Shown one piece after another: positions 1 through 14,050 of a DNA stretch of 64,000 bases (positions are counted from its first letter, which is position 1; each line of letters starts with the position of its first letter). This DNA comes from Eledone cirrhosa (taxonomy: Eukaryota), in assembly GCA_964016885.1 (NCBI GenBank), contig OZ024742.1:102362001-102426000 (forward strand), in the 5' to 3' direction. Position numbers and translations under genes: made by a program. Below the pieces are notes generated by a model. It had not been told where the DNA came from. It did not search any database and saw nothing but the letters and a program-made list of their open reading frames with translations.

Positions 1-240
1 AGGGAGAGGGAAGAGGAAGGGGAGAGAGAAAGGGAGGAGAGCACAAGCACGGACCTGAAAGAAAATGATATACCCTCCGCCACAGGCAGGGAGGGCAGGC
101 CGGGAAACCAACAAGCTAAGGGCAAAGGTGAAAAGCGAAATCACCTTCCGAAGGAGAACCAAGCGCAGAGGGACTAGTGGACAACTGTTCAAAGAAAGAA
201 CAGAAAGCACCGAGACACTGGGAGCAAAAAACCCCAAGTA

Positions 241-666
241 ATGTGCAAGTTTTTCAAGAACGGGACATGCTGGCATGGAGAGACAGGGATGGGATGCAGA
301 TTCGCCCACCCTAGGTCTCAAACGAACTATGCCCATCATACTCGCGCAACATGCCCCAGCCAAAGCCGAAATAAGCCGCTCCAGAAGTATGCTGATGTCG
401 CGCGTGTTGCACCAACAAGGAGAAGGCACGCACATGCCGACGAGATACAGATGGCAGCAGCAGATCAGAAAAATTTTTTAGTGATGGCAGAGAAGATTGT
501 GGGACAGCTGACCTGGCTGCATCGTCTCCAGAGCCAGGGTCATCCACACCAGCACTCGAGACCACCGCAGTTAAGGGACCCAGAGTGGCCGCCGCTGACA
601 CCAGACCAGGTGTCATACCGACAGCCATTACTGGCACCCCAAAAGTCACACCAGTGCTGCTGCTGA
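241..666 (+). pseudogene. LINE ORF1 C-terminal part with CCCH zinc finger
   Basis: CKFFKNGTCWHGETGMGCRFAHP is CCCH-like; an in-frame TAG at 175-177 interrupts the upstream frame; overlaps the ORF2 start. Confidence 0.6.
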
Positions 667-3626
667 ATGTCAGGGGCCTGGTGAAACTCAGCAACATGAG
701 TAAAATTTCCTACCTGGGAGACTTAGCCATAAGCAATCAAGCACTATGCATGGCACTAACCGAAACGCACCTGACAAGCAGTATAGCAGATGCAGAAATA
801 CATATACCGAAATATACTGTATTTCGTTCGGACAGGAAGGAGAGAACTCATGGTGGGGTTGCTCTGTATATCCGTGAAGATGTCACACCAATTGTACTGT
901 TGACACATTCAAACTCAGTCTGTGACACACTGATAATACATATGAAGCAACTACAGACGGTAATATGTGTCACATATCGGCCGCCCGATGCCCCCAGTCA
1001 TGAGGGTAAATTTGAGGATAGCCTAAGTAGGATAGAAGAGGTCCTTGACAAACTGGACCAGGGTCTCAACATCCTACTGCTGGGAGACTTCAACCTACCA
1101 AAGGTCAAATGGCCTGAGGGCCACCTCCTCCCTGGAATGACGTCAATAGAACAGAGACAGACGGAATCCCTGCTGGCCCTCACACACAGGCTGTTCATGG
1201 AGCAAGCAATACTCCTCCCAACAAGAGGTGAAAATGTCCTGGACCTCTGTTTTACAAACAACGAAGTACTCATCCACAATGTAAAGGTGACATCAACAAT
1301 TCTCTCGGATCATAACTTAGTAGAGCTAATGATATGTGGTCCAAGGGAACCAACAGAGACAAAACCACCAAGAAGCTCCGGGACGCTATCCAACCTTAAC
1401 TTCTACAAGGCTAACTGGAAAAAGATGAAGAGTGAAATCCAGAAGCAAACATGGAGTGAAAACATCGCCACACAAGACACTAACACACAATTTCAACACT
1501 TCATGACAACGATACACACCATATGCAAAAAGTGTGTCCCGGAGAAAGAGGCAAACAGACACAAAAATCTTATTCCCAGAGATAGGAAAATCCTTATGAG
1601 ACGTAGAACTAAACTCTCAAACGAGTTGAATAGTCAACAAAACCAAAACAAGAAGGAATCCTATTTGAAACGTGCACTACTTGACACCGAGATTGCACTC
1701 AAACTTTCACATGAGAATGAGAGGGCAAAGAAAGAGAACAGGGCCATAGAAAACATTAAAACAAACCCTAAGGCCTTCTTTAAATTTGCAAAAGAAACTG
1801 CCTCAGTACACTGCAAGATTGGACCACTCTTCCACACGGACGGTTCATTAACCGAAAATCCCCAAGAGATATGTGAAATACTGAACGAACAGTACAAAAG
1901 TGTCTTCACATGTCCACTGAGGCACATGCAAATAACGAAGCCAGAGGAGTTCTTTGATGCCACAACACTACATCAAGAAATGGCAACCATCAACCACATA
2001 GACATAACGGAGGAGGATGTGGTGTACGCCATTGATGAAATTAGAACAGACTCGGCTGCTGGACCTGATGGATTCCAAGCAGTTCTCCTAAAAATATGTA
2101 AGCGGGCCTTAGCAACTCCACTGAAGATGCTCTTCAGAAGCTCCTTGGCTAGCGGTGTACTACCCAGGGAGCTGAAAGAAGGCACAATATGCCCTATCCA
2201 TAAAGGAGGTAGTAGAGCGGAGGGCAAGAACTATAGGCCAGTCTCCCTGACGTCGCATATCAGTAAGGTCATGGAGCGAGTCGTCAGAAAGAAACTAATC
2301 ACTTTCCTCGAAGAAAATGACCGCCTGACTAGCACGCAACATGGCTTCCGCCCAGGAAGAAGCTGCCTTACACAGCTGCTACATCACTACGACTGGGTAC
2401 TGAGACAACTACTAGACAGCTCACATGTAGACGTGATATATCTTGACTTTGCGAAGGCCTTTGACAAGGTCGACCACGGAATGATATGTCACAAACTACA
2501 CGGACTCGGCATAACTGGAAAAGTAGGTGAGTGGCTGCATGGTTTCCTAAGGGACAGAAGCCAGGCAGTCGCAGCAAATGGGGCCCTCTCGAGGGAAACA
2601 CCGATAACAAGTGGGGTGCCCCAGGGGACAGTCCTGGGACCACTACTGTTTTTGGTGGCTCTCTCGGACATGCCCTCTGTGGTGCAAGCAACAACATCCC
2701 TCACTAGCTATGCTGATGACACTAAGGTAGCACAGGCAATCAAAAACCCGGCTGACGCTGCCCTCTTACAGCAGGATCTGGATGCCATATACAGATGGGC
2801 GGAAGAAAACAACATGCAATTTAATGCTGGCAAATTCCAAGCCCTACAATACAAACCTGCAAACACAAACACAAATATAGCGGAACACAGCTACACAGGA
2901 CCAGGAGGGACCGATATCCCTGTGTCAAAATCGATACGAGACCTGGGCATAGACATAAGCGATGATGCATCTTTTTCTTCACACATCATGAAGGTGGCGA
3001 CAACATGTAGACGATTCGCTGGCTGGATCTTGAGGACTTTCCTTACAAGAGATAGAGACACCATGTTGACACTGTGGAGGACTTTTCTCCTAAGCCGCCT
3101 GGACTACTGCTCCCAGCTGTGGTCACCCCATAGTGTCAAACTAACCACGGAGCTTGAGGCAATCCAGCGAAGCTACACCAAGAGGATTGCCAAGATGAGG
3201 GAGACAAGCTACTGGGAGAGGCTAAAGGAACTGAACCTCTACTCCTTGGAGCGAAGACGGGAGAGATACGCAGTGATCTACATGTGGAAAATCCTGGAGG
3301 GACTAGCACCAAACTTTGGCATTGGGAGCTGGACCAACCGTCGAACAGGACGTCACTGTGTGGTACCAAAGGTCCCGTTTTCCACATCTAGAATAAGGAG
3401 CAGGTTTTGCAATAGCCTGGGATTCAAGGGCCCTCAACTCTTCAACAGGCTGCCGAGGCATCTGCGAGACTTGCATGACGTGGAGGTGGATGTCTTTAAG
3501 AAACATCTCGACACCTTGTTATCCAGGATCCCGGATGAGCCCACAGCAAGACACGAGGGAAACCTAAGGGCAGCAGCAACAAACTCCCTCCTACACCAGT
3601 GGCCAACCTATACAGGCTGGAGATAA
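585..3626 (+). CDS. LINE ORF2: apurinic endonuclease plus reverse transcriptase (intact, 1013 aa)
   Basis: APE motifs LLLNVRGL, LTETHL, YRPP, LLGDFNLP, LDLCF, SDHNLV; RT motifs NYRPVSLTS, QHGFRPGRSC, YLDFAKAFDKVDH, GVPQGTVLGP, YADD, RDLG. Confidence 0.95.
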   Translation: MAAADTRPGVIPTAITGTPKVTPVLLLNVRGLVKLSNMSKISYLGDLAISNQALCMALTETHLTSSIADAEIHIPKYTVFRSDRKERTHGGVALYIREDVTPIVLLTHSNSVCDTLIIHMKQLQTVICVTYRPPDAPSHEGKFEDSLSRIEEVLDKLDQGLNILLLGDFNLPKVKWPEGHLLPGMTSIEQRQTESLLALTHRLFMEQAILLPTRGENVLDLCFTNNEVLIHNVKVTSTILSDHNLVELMICGPREPTETKPPRSSGTLSNLNFYKANWKKMKSEIQKQTWSENIATQDTNTQFQHFMTTIHTICKKCVPEKEANRHKNLIPRDRKILMRRRTKLSNELNSQQNQNKKESYLKRALLDTEIALKLSHENERAKKENRAIENIKTNPKAFFKFAKETASVHCKIGPLFHTDGSLTENPQEICEILNEQYKSVFTCPLRHMQITKPEEFFDATTLHQEMATINHIDITEEDVVYAIDEIRTDSAAGPDGFQAVLLKICKRALATPLKMLFRSSLASGVLPRELKEGTICPIHKGGSRAEGKNYRPVSLTSHISKVMERVVRKKLITFLEENDRLTSTQHGFRPGRSCLTQLLHHYDWVLRQLLDSSHVDVIYLDFAKAFDKVDHGMICHKLHGLGITGKVGEWLHGFLRDRSQAVAANGALSRETPITSGVPQGTVLGPLLFLVALSDMPSVVQATTSLTSYADDTKVAQAIKNPADAALLQQDLDAIYRWAEENNMQFNAGKFQALQYKPANTNTNIAEHSYTGPGGTDIPVSKSIRDLGIDISDDASFSSHIMKVATTCRRFAGWILRTFLTRDRDTMLTLWRTFLLSRLDYCSQLWSPHSVKLTTELEAIQRSYTKRIAKMRETSYWERLKELNLYSLERRRERYAVIYMWKILEGLAPNFGIGSWTNRRTGRHCVVPKVPFSTSRIRSRFCNSLGFKGPQLFNRLPRHLRDLHDVEVDVFKKHLDTLLSRIPDEPTARHEGNLRAAATNSLLHQWPTYTGWR

Positions 3627-3702
3627 AATGTGTAGCAACAAGGGCGGTGCCCCAGCATGGCCTCAGCCGGATGGCTGAAACAGGTAAAAGAGTAAAAGAG
3701 TA

Positions 3703-4499
<797 letters not shown>

Positions 4500-4943
4500 T
4501 TACTCTTTTACTCTTTTACCTGTTTCAGCCATCCGGCTGAGGCCATGCTGGGGCACCGCCCTTGTTGCTACACATTTTATCTCCAGCCTGTATAGGTTGG
4601 CCACTGGTGTAGGAGGGAGTTTGTTGCTGCTGCCCTTAGGTTTCCCTCGTGTCTTGCTGTGGGCTCATCCGGGATCCTGGATAACAAGGTGTCGAGATGT
4701 TTCTTAAAGACATCCACCTCCACGTCATGCAAGTCTCGCAGATGCCTCGGCAGCCTGTTGAAGAGTTGAGGGCCCTTGAATCCCAGGCTATTGCAAAACC
4801 TGCTCATTCTAGATGTGGAAAACGGGACCTTTGGTACCACACAGTGACGTCCTGTTCGACGGTTGGTCCAGCTCCCAATGCCAAAGTTTGGTGCTAGTCC
4901 CTCCAGGATTTTCCACATGTAGATCACTGCGTATCTCTCCCGT
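4500..4943 (-). mobile_element. Inverted copy of the LINE 3' end (3257-3702)
   Basis: Reverse complement is near-identical to 3257-3702 except a 3-nt deletion (SRIRSR vs SRMSR). Confidence 0.95.
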
Positions 4944-4968
4944 ATATATATATATATTTATATATATT

Positions 4969-5002
<34 letters not shown>

Positions 5003-5017
5003 TGATATATATATATT

Positions 5018-5122
<105 letters not shown>

Positions 5123-5158
5123 ATATATTATATATATATATTTATATATATATATATT

Positions 5159-5192
<34 letters not shown>

Positions 5193-5206
5193 TATATATA
5201 TATATT

Positions 5207-5240
<34 letters not shown>

Positions 5241-5254
5241 TATATATATATATT

Positions 5255-5323
<69 letters not shown>

Positions 5324-5340
5324 TTATTTATATATATATA

Positions 5341-6240
5341 AAATACAATATGTTGAAAAGGTAACACACTAAAGAGAGATAGTGTGCCATCAATAAAACA
5401 GGGAAAACCGACAGTGAATGGAATCTATAATCTATGGGAGGCAGGGTAGACACACAATAATTAAAAATATAAATTAAAATGTATATATGCACCACTATAA
5501 CTATATAACACACGTGTACAAATCCAAACAGATCTCTTTCGTCTACCTTGCCTTCCATAGATTATAGACTCCATACACTGGTGGTTTTCCCTGTTTTATT
5601 GATGGCACACTATCTCTCTCTAGTGTGTTACCTTTTCAACATATTGTATTTTAAAGAGCTCGGGATTCCTTTTCTTTTGAGCACATTATTGACAGGGAAT
5701 AACGACAGTCTATGGCTCTGTTAATTTATCGTGATATTTCGCTCCTTATAAAAGTCTTTCCTCTCTCTCTGTTTGGTTGAGCACACTTCTTTGAGTGACT
5801 TTGGGGCTGCCCTTTCTAGCAACTCGTCCCTCAGACACCACTGGTTCACTGCCCTAAACACGCTGTGACATCTCTCTGCCGCGTGTAGCTGGACGGTCGC
5901 TTTAGATTCTCTTAGAGTTGTCTGGAATGTCTAGTCTTGCACGCGCTGATGAACCATGGGCTATTCCATTTCAGTCAACAACTTCCTGGCGAAAAAGATC
6001 TGTACGCGTGGATTTGTACGCTTGTGTTATATAGGTATAGAGGTGCGTATATACACTTTAATGCATATATTTAATTATTGTGTGTCTACCCTGCCTTCCA
6101 TAGATTCCATACACTATCTCTCTCTAGTGTGTTACCTTTTCAACATATTGTATTTTAAATAGCTCAGGATTCCTTTTCCTTTGAGCACATTATTGACAGG
6201 GAATAGCGAGAGTCTATGGCTCCGTTAATTTATCGTGATA
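5341..6240 (+). mobile_element. HHR-bearing non-coding element, family G (inverted 5' piece plus ~1.3-mer of a ~545-bp unit)
   Basis: 5341-5541 is an inverted copy of sequences at 5542-5652 and 5990-6165; tctaccYtgccttccatag recurs at 5542 and 6085; flanked by (TA)n; a further inverted 3' piece at 6721-6892. Confidence 0.75.
5940..6010 (+). ncRNA. Type I hammerhead ribozyme (family G)
   Basis: cacgcg-CTGATGA-acca..cctggc-GAAA-aagatctg-TA-cgcgtg; 6-bp stem I, near-palindromic stem III. Confidence 0.75.
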
Positions 6241-6431
6241 TATATATATATATATGCAATGTCTGTATACATGTATAAATGCTTACAAGTTTACACTTGT
6301 GCACCAACATATGTATGTATAAATGCATATATGTTTGCACACACATCATAAAGGTGCATGTGCATGCACACAGACACGTACGCTCCCCCCTCCACACACG
6401 CACACATATATATTTAGAAAACGTCACATTC

Positions 6432-6509
<78 letters not shown>

Positions 6510-6653
6510 ATGTACGTCAATACTCATCTTTTTCCATTTATCTGAGGGTTCTAAACCCCATTATCAGGCTAAAATTCCTTTAGTCAAAAATACGGTGAAA
6601 GCGATTCTATTTTCTAATTTCAAACCTGCTCACTGTTTCAAAACATACTTACT

Positions 6654-6719
<66 letters not shown>

Positions 6720-6892
6720 TCACGATAAATTAACGGAGCCATAGACTCTCGCTATTTCCTGTCAATAATGTGCTCAAAGGAGAAAGAATCCTGAGCTCTT
6801 TAGAATACAATATGTTGAAAAGGTAACACACTAGAGAGAGATATAGTGCTCTATCAATAAAACAGGGAAAAACCACCAGTGTATGGAATCTA

Positions 6893-8278
6893 ATCGAGAG
6901 ACTCGCGTGTCTGGTCAATGTTAGACTCTCTTCGGAGTCCCTCGATCAGGCTGCGTTGCCCAAGCGATTTGGGGGTCTTGGTCTCCGTAAGTGTTCGTCC
7001 CTCTCTCTCCCCAGCTTCCTTTCCTCCACCCACGCTTGCTCCACCCTGGTGAGCAGCATCCTCTCCTCTCCAACATAGACTAGTTCCAACAGGGAGTTGG
7101 GTGAAGCTCTCCAGCAATGGTGTGAGCTGAGCTTGTCTCTTCCTGAGAAGGTGGAGGACAGTCGAAGTCAGAGAGCTTGGGACAGCATAAGTTCGAAAGC
7201 TACCTTCGACTCCCTATTCGTTCAGTCAGATCAGTTTGCAAGGTGCCGCTTACCATCTGCCAGAACCAAATACTCAGGCGACTGGGTCGATGCTCTACGC
7301 GTGGCCAACATTGGTGGCCTACTCAGCCTGGACGAACTTCATGTCTCCATCGCCCCCCTCAGAGTGGGAGCTGACGTCTGCATGGGTTTGAGGTGCCAAA
7401 TGCGGCAAACTCCTCGACTCCACAGGCCTCCGCGGTCTTTCTTGCCGCCTGAATGCCGGCCGCTTCGCGCGTCACACGGAGCTAAACATCATTCTAAAGA
7501 GAGCTTTGGCCCGGGCGAATATCCCCTCGGCCTTGGAACCATCTGGGTTGTCCAGAAGTGGCGGCAAAAGACCTGACGGTCTTACTCTGTGCCCCTGGTC
7601 GAGAGGCAGGTGCCTTGTCTAGGACGTCACTGTTAGTGACTCCTTTGCTCTTTCCCACATCCTGGATGCTGCGGTTAGGACGAGAGCCACAGCTTCTGCA
7701 GCCGAGCGGAGTAAGACCCTCAAATACTCTGCTCTGTCGGCCAGCTACATTTTTCAGCCTGTGGTTTTCGAGACGTTTGGGGGAGTCGGGCCGCTGACTG
7801 CGAGGTTCCTTTCCTCACTGGCGGCTCGCCTAGTAGAGGTGACTGGCGAATCTCGCGAGGGTGCTTGGCTGTTTCAGCGCATCAGCCTCGCCATCACATG
7901 AGGCAACGCTGTGAGTGTGCTGGCTTGCCTAAAAAATCATTAGAGAGGTTGCCCAGTACTTGCGACGTTGCTGTCTTTTTCTCTGGTGTTGGCTCCGTTA
8001 TTCATCTCTTCCTTTACATTTTCTTTAATATTGTAGCATTGAAGGAATATATCTTTCATTGTATCATCCTTTATAGTGTTACCGAAGCATTTGTAATGTT
8101 ATTTATGTATATATTTAAAACATATTTGTTATGTTATTCTACTGTAAATTTATTTATCTGCTCTGTTTATATTTTCATTCTGAAAGAACTTATTCACTTG
8201 TGTTGATATAAGTGATTTTATGACTTTCCTGTAAGCATTGTGTCATTATATATGTTATTATAAACGTGAATAAAGTTT
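6893..8278 (+). mobile_element. 5'-truncated, frameshifted CRE-like (restriction-like endonuclease) non-LTR retrotransposon
   Basis: Frames give LSLDELHVSIA, C..CG..D..G...LSC...GRFARH zinc knuckle, KRPDGLTLCPWSRGRCLV*DVTVSDSFA and FQRISLAI..GNA; AT-rich 3'UTR ends in (TA)n. Confidence 0.75.
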
Positions 8279-8295
8279 ATATATATATATATATA

Positions 8296-8475
8296 TCGGG
8301 GTCTTGAACATTTTCCTATATATATATATATATTATAAATATATATATATATATTATAAATATATATATATTATAAATATATATATATATATTATAAATA
8401 TATATATATATATATATTATAAATATATATATATTATATATATATATTATATATATATATTATATATATATTATA

Positions 8476-8506
<31 letters not shown>

Positions 8507-8690
8507 GGAAAATGTTCAAGACCCTCGACGGCAGAGCTCAAGCCGTCTCGACGGCTCTTTTTGGACGCAGAACTCAGCCTCTGCCGTCGGGGTCTTGAAC
8601 ATTTTCATATTACCCACTCTACTAACCTAAGTATTGAGTACTCTGGTGCGTTATGGTCCAGCTGGTTCCTTACCACACTTCCTTCGTTAT
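8296..8690. mobile_element. Family E HHR-element fragments in inverted arrangement around (TA)n
   Basis: cggggtcttgaacattttc at 8297 and 8588, inverted at 8507-8530; homologous to 23401-23445; degenerate GAGA-cggc..gccg-TC. Confidence 0.55.
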
Positions 8691-9038
8691 ATATATATAT
8701 ATATACATTCATAAACAGTACTCACTCATATCCATATACTTGCATGCATATATTTACATGCGTAAACATAATCTACGCATACATTCGTGTAGATATAGAT
8801 ACGTAAACAAATTTAAAAATATAAAGCATACATATACATGCATGTGGATGCATGTTCGTAAATGCAGACATGATTTTTATTCTTTTACTGTTTTAATCAT
8901 TGGACTGCGGCCACGATAGAGCGCTGTATTCGATCGTATAGTTACATACACTCCAGTACTTATTTTATCGATCTCAAATGGATAAAAGGGCAGAGTGAAC
9001 TTGTACACACACAGACAGACAGATATATATGTTTGAGC

Positions 9039-9116
<78 letters not shown>

Positions 9117-9461
9117 CATTTCGTATTTTCTTATTCTATATATATATATATATAAATATATATGCATACACATGCACACACACACACATATATATATTAG
9201 AGAGAGAGGGAGAGAGAGATGCATATGTGTGTATGCACATTCATAAATATAGACCAATACACGCACACGTTTGCACACATACACTCATATATGCCCCCCC
9301 CCCCCCCACGCACGCACACACACACACACACAAATACAAATTTGCAGACGCACTTAAACTTGTGTCGATATATACATATACATAAACACATGGTCTTTCG
9401 TTATACTTTTCTTATCGTCTGCTTTAATGAAACTCAAGCTTTCCGTTTATTGTTGGATTAT

Positions 9462-9816
9462 AGTGAGGAGGTGGTGGCGGTTGTGGAGGTGATGGAGGTG
9501 GTAGTGGTGGTGGTGGTGGTAATGGTGGTAGTGGTGGTTGTAATGGTAGTGATGGTGGAGGTGATGGCGGTGGTAATGGTGGTGGTGGTGGTAATAGTGG
9601 TGATGGTGGTGGTGGTGGTGTAGGTTGTGGAGGTGATGGTGGTGGTAATTGTGGTGGGGTTGTTGATGGTGGTGACGGAGGTGGTAGTGGTGGTGCTAGT
9701 GATGGAGGTGGTAGTGATAGTGATTGAGCTGGTGGTGATGGAGATGGTAGTGGTGGTGCTGGTGGTAGTGGTGATGATGGTGATGGTGGTGATGGTGGTT
9801 GTGGTGGTGGTGGTGG
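9462..9816. repeat. (GGT/GAT)n degenerate trinucleotide repeat
   Basis: Low-complexity ggt/gat triplets. Confidence 0.9.
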
Positions 9817-10058
9817 GAGGAAAAGCTCGCAAGTAAAGAGGTTATGAATGGTGGGATAGAGAGTGGGAGAGCAAATGTAAGGAGTGGTAAATTAAAAGAG
9901 AGAGGATGTGTGGTTTATAGGAAGAAGAATTAATAAGACAAATGGAGGGGGGTGTCATAGTGGGAGTAGATTGAGATAGTGGGAGGTTGAAATAGAGAGA
10001 GAATAAGAAGATTTAGAGAGAGAGTGTGGTAAATTTATGGCTGAGAGATGAGTAAATT

Positions 10059-10978
10059 CAGAGGTGTGGAAACCTGCGGCTTTAACCCTTGAGCATTTAA
10101 TCCGGTCAAAATTCTCTCATCTCTTTCTGTTCTAACTGGCGGTAAGTGGCTGCTCATACTGATGTTAAGATATTGTTCTCAAAATAAATAATTGTTTCTA
10201 CATTTGGCACAAGGCCAGCAATTACCCCAGTGCATTAATGGTAGTTTATTTTATCGACCCCGTAAGGATGAAAGGCAAAGTTAACTTCGGCGGGATTTGA
10301 ACTCAAATCGTAAAGGACCGTAACTCTATGCTGCAAAGCATGCCGTTCGACGCTCTACCGATACTGCCAATCCACCAATATCAACATCTCAAAGATTCAA
10401 TATTATGTGAGGTAATTATGTGAGGTAAAGCCTCTACCGTGGAAATATAATAGTAAATATAGAGTAATGTAAAGGCTAAAGGTTTGAGGCCACATGTGCT
10501 TTTCTGAAAAACTAATCGTGGCCATCTAAAAGAAGCACAATGTTCGATGAGAAACCTTGATATTAGAGTATATTTTTGTTAGTTTCATTTTATTTAACGA
10601 TGAGTATTCTAGTTGTTCGATCAAAGGAACAGCTTGCACATGAAATTGTCGTGTAAGTGGCTGAGTATTCCATAGAAACAAAATTCGTTTATTTATTTAA
10701 TTAATCACTTTAAACGCCCGTATAGAGCTAGTAAGCCATGACAGACTAGATGAGGTGTCTAATACCCCTTACAATTAAGATACAAAAACAAGAGAGAGAA
10801 AAAAGAAAAGAAAGAGAAGGAAAAACGAGGTAAAAAGAAGACACAAGATAATGAAAGAAGTTATTACTAAATCACTCAAAATTCTGATTATTTTCAAAAT
10901 CATTTTCAAAAAAATCCTAGGCAATGTATTCCATTAGAAATATGGCAAGGAAAGGGTTAAAAGGTTCCCCCAGCCCTG
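10059..10978. mobile_element. Possible degenerate hAT-like shell with a nested TTAA-flanked element and a SINE
   Basis: Termini cagaggtgtggaaacct / aggttcccccagccctg; internal ttaaccctt ... aagggttaa at ~10082-10960. Confidence 0.35.
10191..10378 (-). mobile_element. tRNA-derived SINE (major family)
   Basis: Reverse complement has a B-box gagttcaaatccc and the core tttgcctttcatccttacggggtcgataaaataaa. Other copies at ~16890-17062, 18111-18285, 21921-22106, 28436-28845 (x2), 29245-29400, 32130-32610 (x2), 35535-35750, 38690-39058 (x2), 39175-39330, 39914-40130, 43828-44016, 44370-44467, 46700-46830, 50636-50802, 52390-52575. Confidence 0.85.
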
Positions 10979-11369
10979 TGTAAAACACAAGGAAGAGGAA
11001 GTAGATGTTGGGAGTGATAGAATGAAAGAGATAAGGGTAGGTTATTAGGATCATGTACGGAGATAGGGAAAAGTTGGAGAGGAAATAGAAAGGGAAAAAG
11101 GAGAGAGAAGATTCCTAGGGTAGGAATTGTGGTTGGTGTAGGTAGTAACAGACTGAGAGGGAGAGATAGAGAGATAGAGGGAGAGAAAATGGGTTTGAGA
11201 GTGTGTGTGTGTCTGTGAGAGAGAGAGACAAGGGGTTTGAGAGAGGGAGAGAGAGAAAGAGAGAGATTGGGGTGAGAGTGTGTGTGTAAGAAAGAAAGAG
11301 AGATAGATAGATTGATAGAGAGAGAGAGAGAGGGAGAGGGGGTTGAGAGTGTGTGTGTGCGAGAAAGAA

Positions 11370-11404
<35 letters not shown>

Positions 11405-11583
11405 AGGGGTTGAGAGTGTGTGTGTGTCTGAAAGAGGAGGGTTGAGAGTGTGTGTGTGCGAGATAGATAGATTGATAGAGAGAGAGAGAGAGAGGGAGAG
11501 GGGGTTGAGAGTGTGTGTGTGCGAGAAAGAAAGAGATAGAGAGAGAGAGAGAAGGGGGTTGAGAGTGTGTGTGCGAGAAAGAA

Positions 11584-11626
<43 letters not shown>

Positions 11627-12102
11627 AGTGATGGAGAAAAACAGTAGAGAATTGAAAAAAGAGAAAATGTAGAGAAAAAGAAAAGAGATGAGATTTGGAG
11701 ATAGACGGAAAGAAAACAAATTGGAGATTATATGGTGTAAGGTATGAGAGATAGAGAGTGGGGGGAGAGAGATAGAGAGAGAGAGAGGGAGCAAGGGAGA
11801 GTGTGTGTGTGAGAGAGAGGGAGAGTGTGTGTGTGAGAGAGAGGGAGTGTATGTGAGAGGAGATATAGATGGGATAAACGTGAGGTATATGAAAGAGATA
11901 AATAGATAGAGATAGAGGGAGAGTCTGACAAAGAGAGAGAGGAGAGGAGAGAGAAGGAATGTTAGAGGGATAAGGGGAGAAAGACTAAGAGAATGAAGTA
12001 AAAAAAGAGAGAGACAGAGTAAAGAAGGAGATAAATATATATATATGCGAAAAGGAAACGGAAACAACAAAGCAAGCAATACAGTTCAATGAAGACAAGT
12101 AT

Positions 12103-12787
<685 letters not shown>

Positions 12788-12876
12788 CTTCTATAAAGCA
12801 AAGAAACAGGAGAGAATCAGAAGGTGAAGCAAACCAGTAAGAAGAAGAAAAAGAGAGAGACAAAAGCATGAAAGAG

Positions 12877-12922
<46 letters not shown>

Positions 12923-13471
12923 AGATAAATGGGAAAGAAATAAAACAAGAGATAAATGAACAGAGGGAGAGAAAGAGAGAGAGAGTGTGTGTGTGTGAGA
13001 GAGAGTAAGGAAGGATAAATTCTGTAAAAATCTGTGTTTATAAAAACATCTGTTCATGTATGAATTTTTCCAACTTAGATTCTATCAGTTCAGATGATAT
13101 ATATACATCGTTATTTTTTTACTTCTTCTTCCCTTTAGATATAACATTTTGTTTATAAATATATAATTTGTATCTCCTCACCCTCTCCCGAAAAAATGGA
13201 AATTCTTCCAAAATCATTAAAAATATAAAGTGCATTTGGTTTTGTTCCATACATACATCTCTCTCTCTCTCTTTCTCTAAATATATACACGCATACATAT
13301 TCATCCAAGTTCACCTACACAAGCAGCACACACACACATATAATATATATATATATATATATAAGTAATTTGAATGCATTTTTCTTTCACAAATGCTCTG
13401 TTCTTTAATAAATATTTTCTTGTTTTATTTTTAATATTATTACTATTACTATTATTTTTTCCTTCTCTTAG

Positions 13472-13552
13472 AATGAAAATAATGTTCGTTGGTTATCTAA
13501 ACGTGGAAATATAAAATATTTAATGGAAAGTTCAGCGAAAATATTTCATTGA
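13472..13552 (+). CDS. Possible terminal exon (NENNVRWLSKRGNIKYLMESSAKIFH*)
   Basis: Strong polypyrimidine acceptor ttttttccttctcttag, then an open frame to TGA; no recognised homology. Confidence 0.25.
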   Translation, partial: NENNVRWLSKRGNIKYLMESSAKIFH

Positions 13553-14050
13553 AAAACTTCACGAAATATTCTCGTTATCTCATTGTCGGTTGATGATAAA
13601 GACTTTTCTGACTTCTAGAATACTGGGTACATTTTCCATTTTGGGGGTTATTCGAGATAATTGGCAATAATTGATGTGTTGTGTTGTTCCTCCTCAGCAA
13701 GACATTTAATTTTACATGACTTGGTTTACCTAACTAGGGCATTAATAAGCTACTATTTAGTGGGAGGGAGTTACATGCAATATACCGGCAGTGCATCCTT
13801 GGCAGATTTGTCTCTCACTAGCTTTAGGAGTTTTTCTGGTTCTTGAAAGGGTTGGTTCTTATAAGAGGTGTGTCTGACATGGAATTTTATTTTAATAATG
13901 TTCATTGTAGTTTTTATTTCTTTTTTGTTTCACTTATATATTTTTTTAGATAATTATTTCCTTTCATTCTCTGATCGAACTACATTTATTGATTGACAGA
14001 TAACCTTTCCTTAAGTAGTTGTTTCCTTTCAATTACTGAATCACATATGT

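Larger units (their letters stand above)
1..3702 (+). mobile_element. APE-RT LINE (CR1/L2 group); 5' end lies outside the window, 3' end runs into (TA)n
   Basis: ORF1 remnant, intact ORF2, short 3'UTR (ggcggtgccccagcatggcctcagccggatggctgaaac) and a repeated tail (gtaaaaga)2 immediately before a TA tract. Confidence 0.93.
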
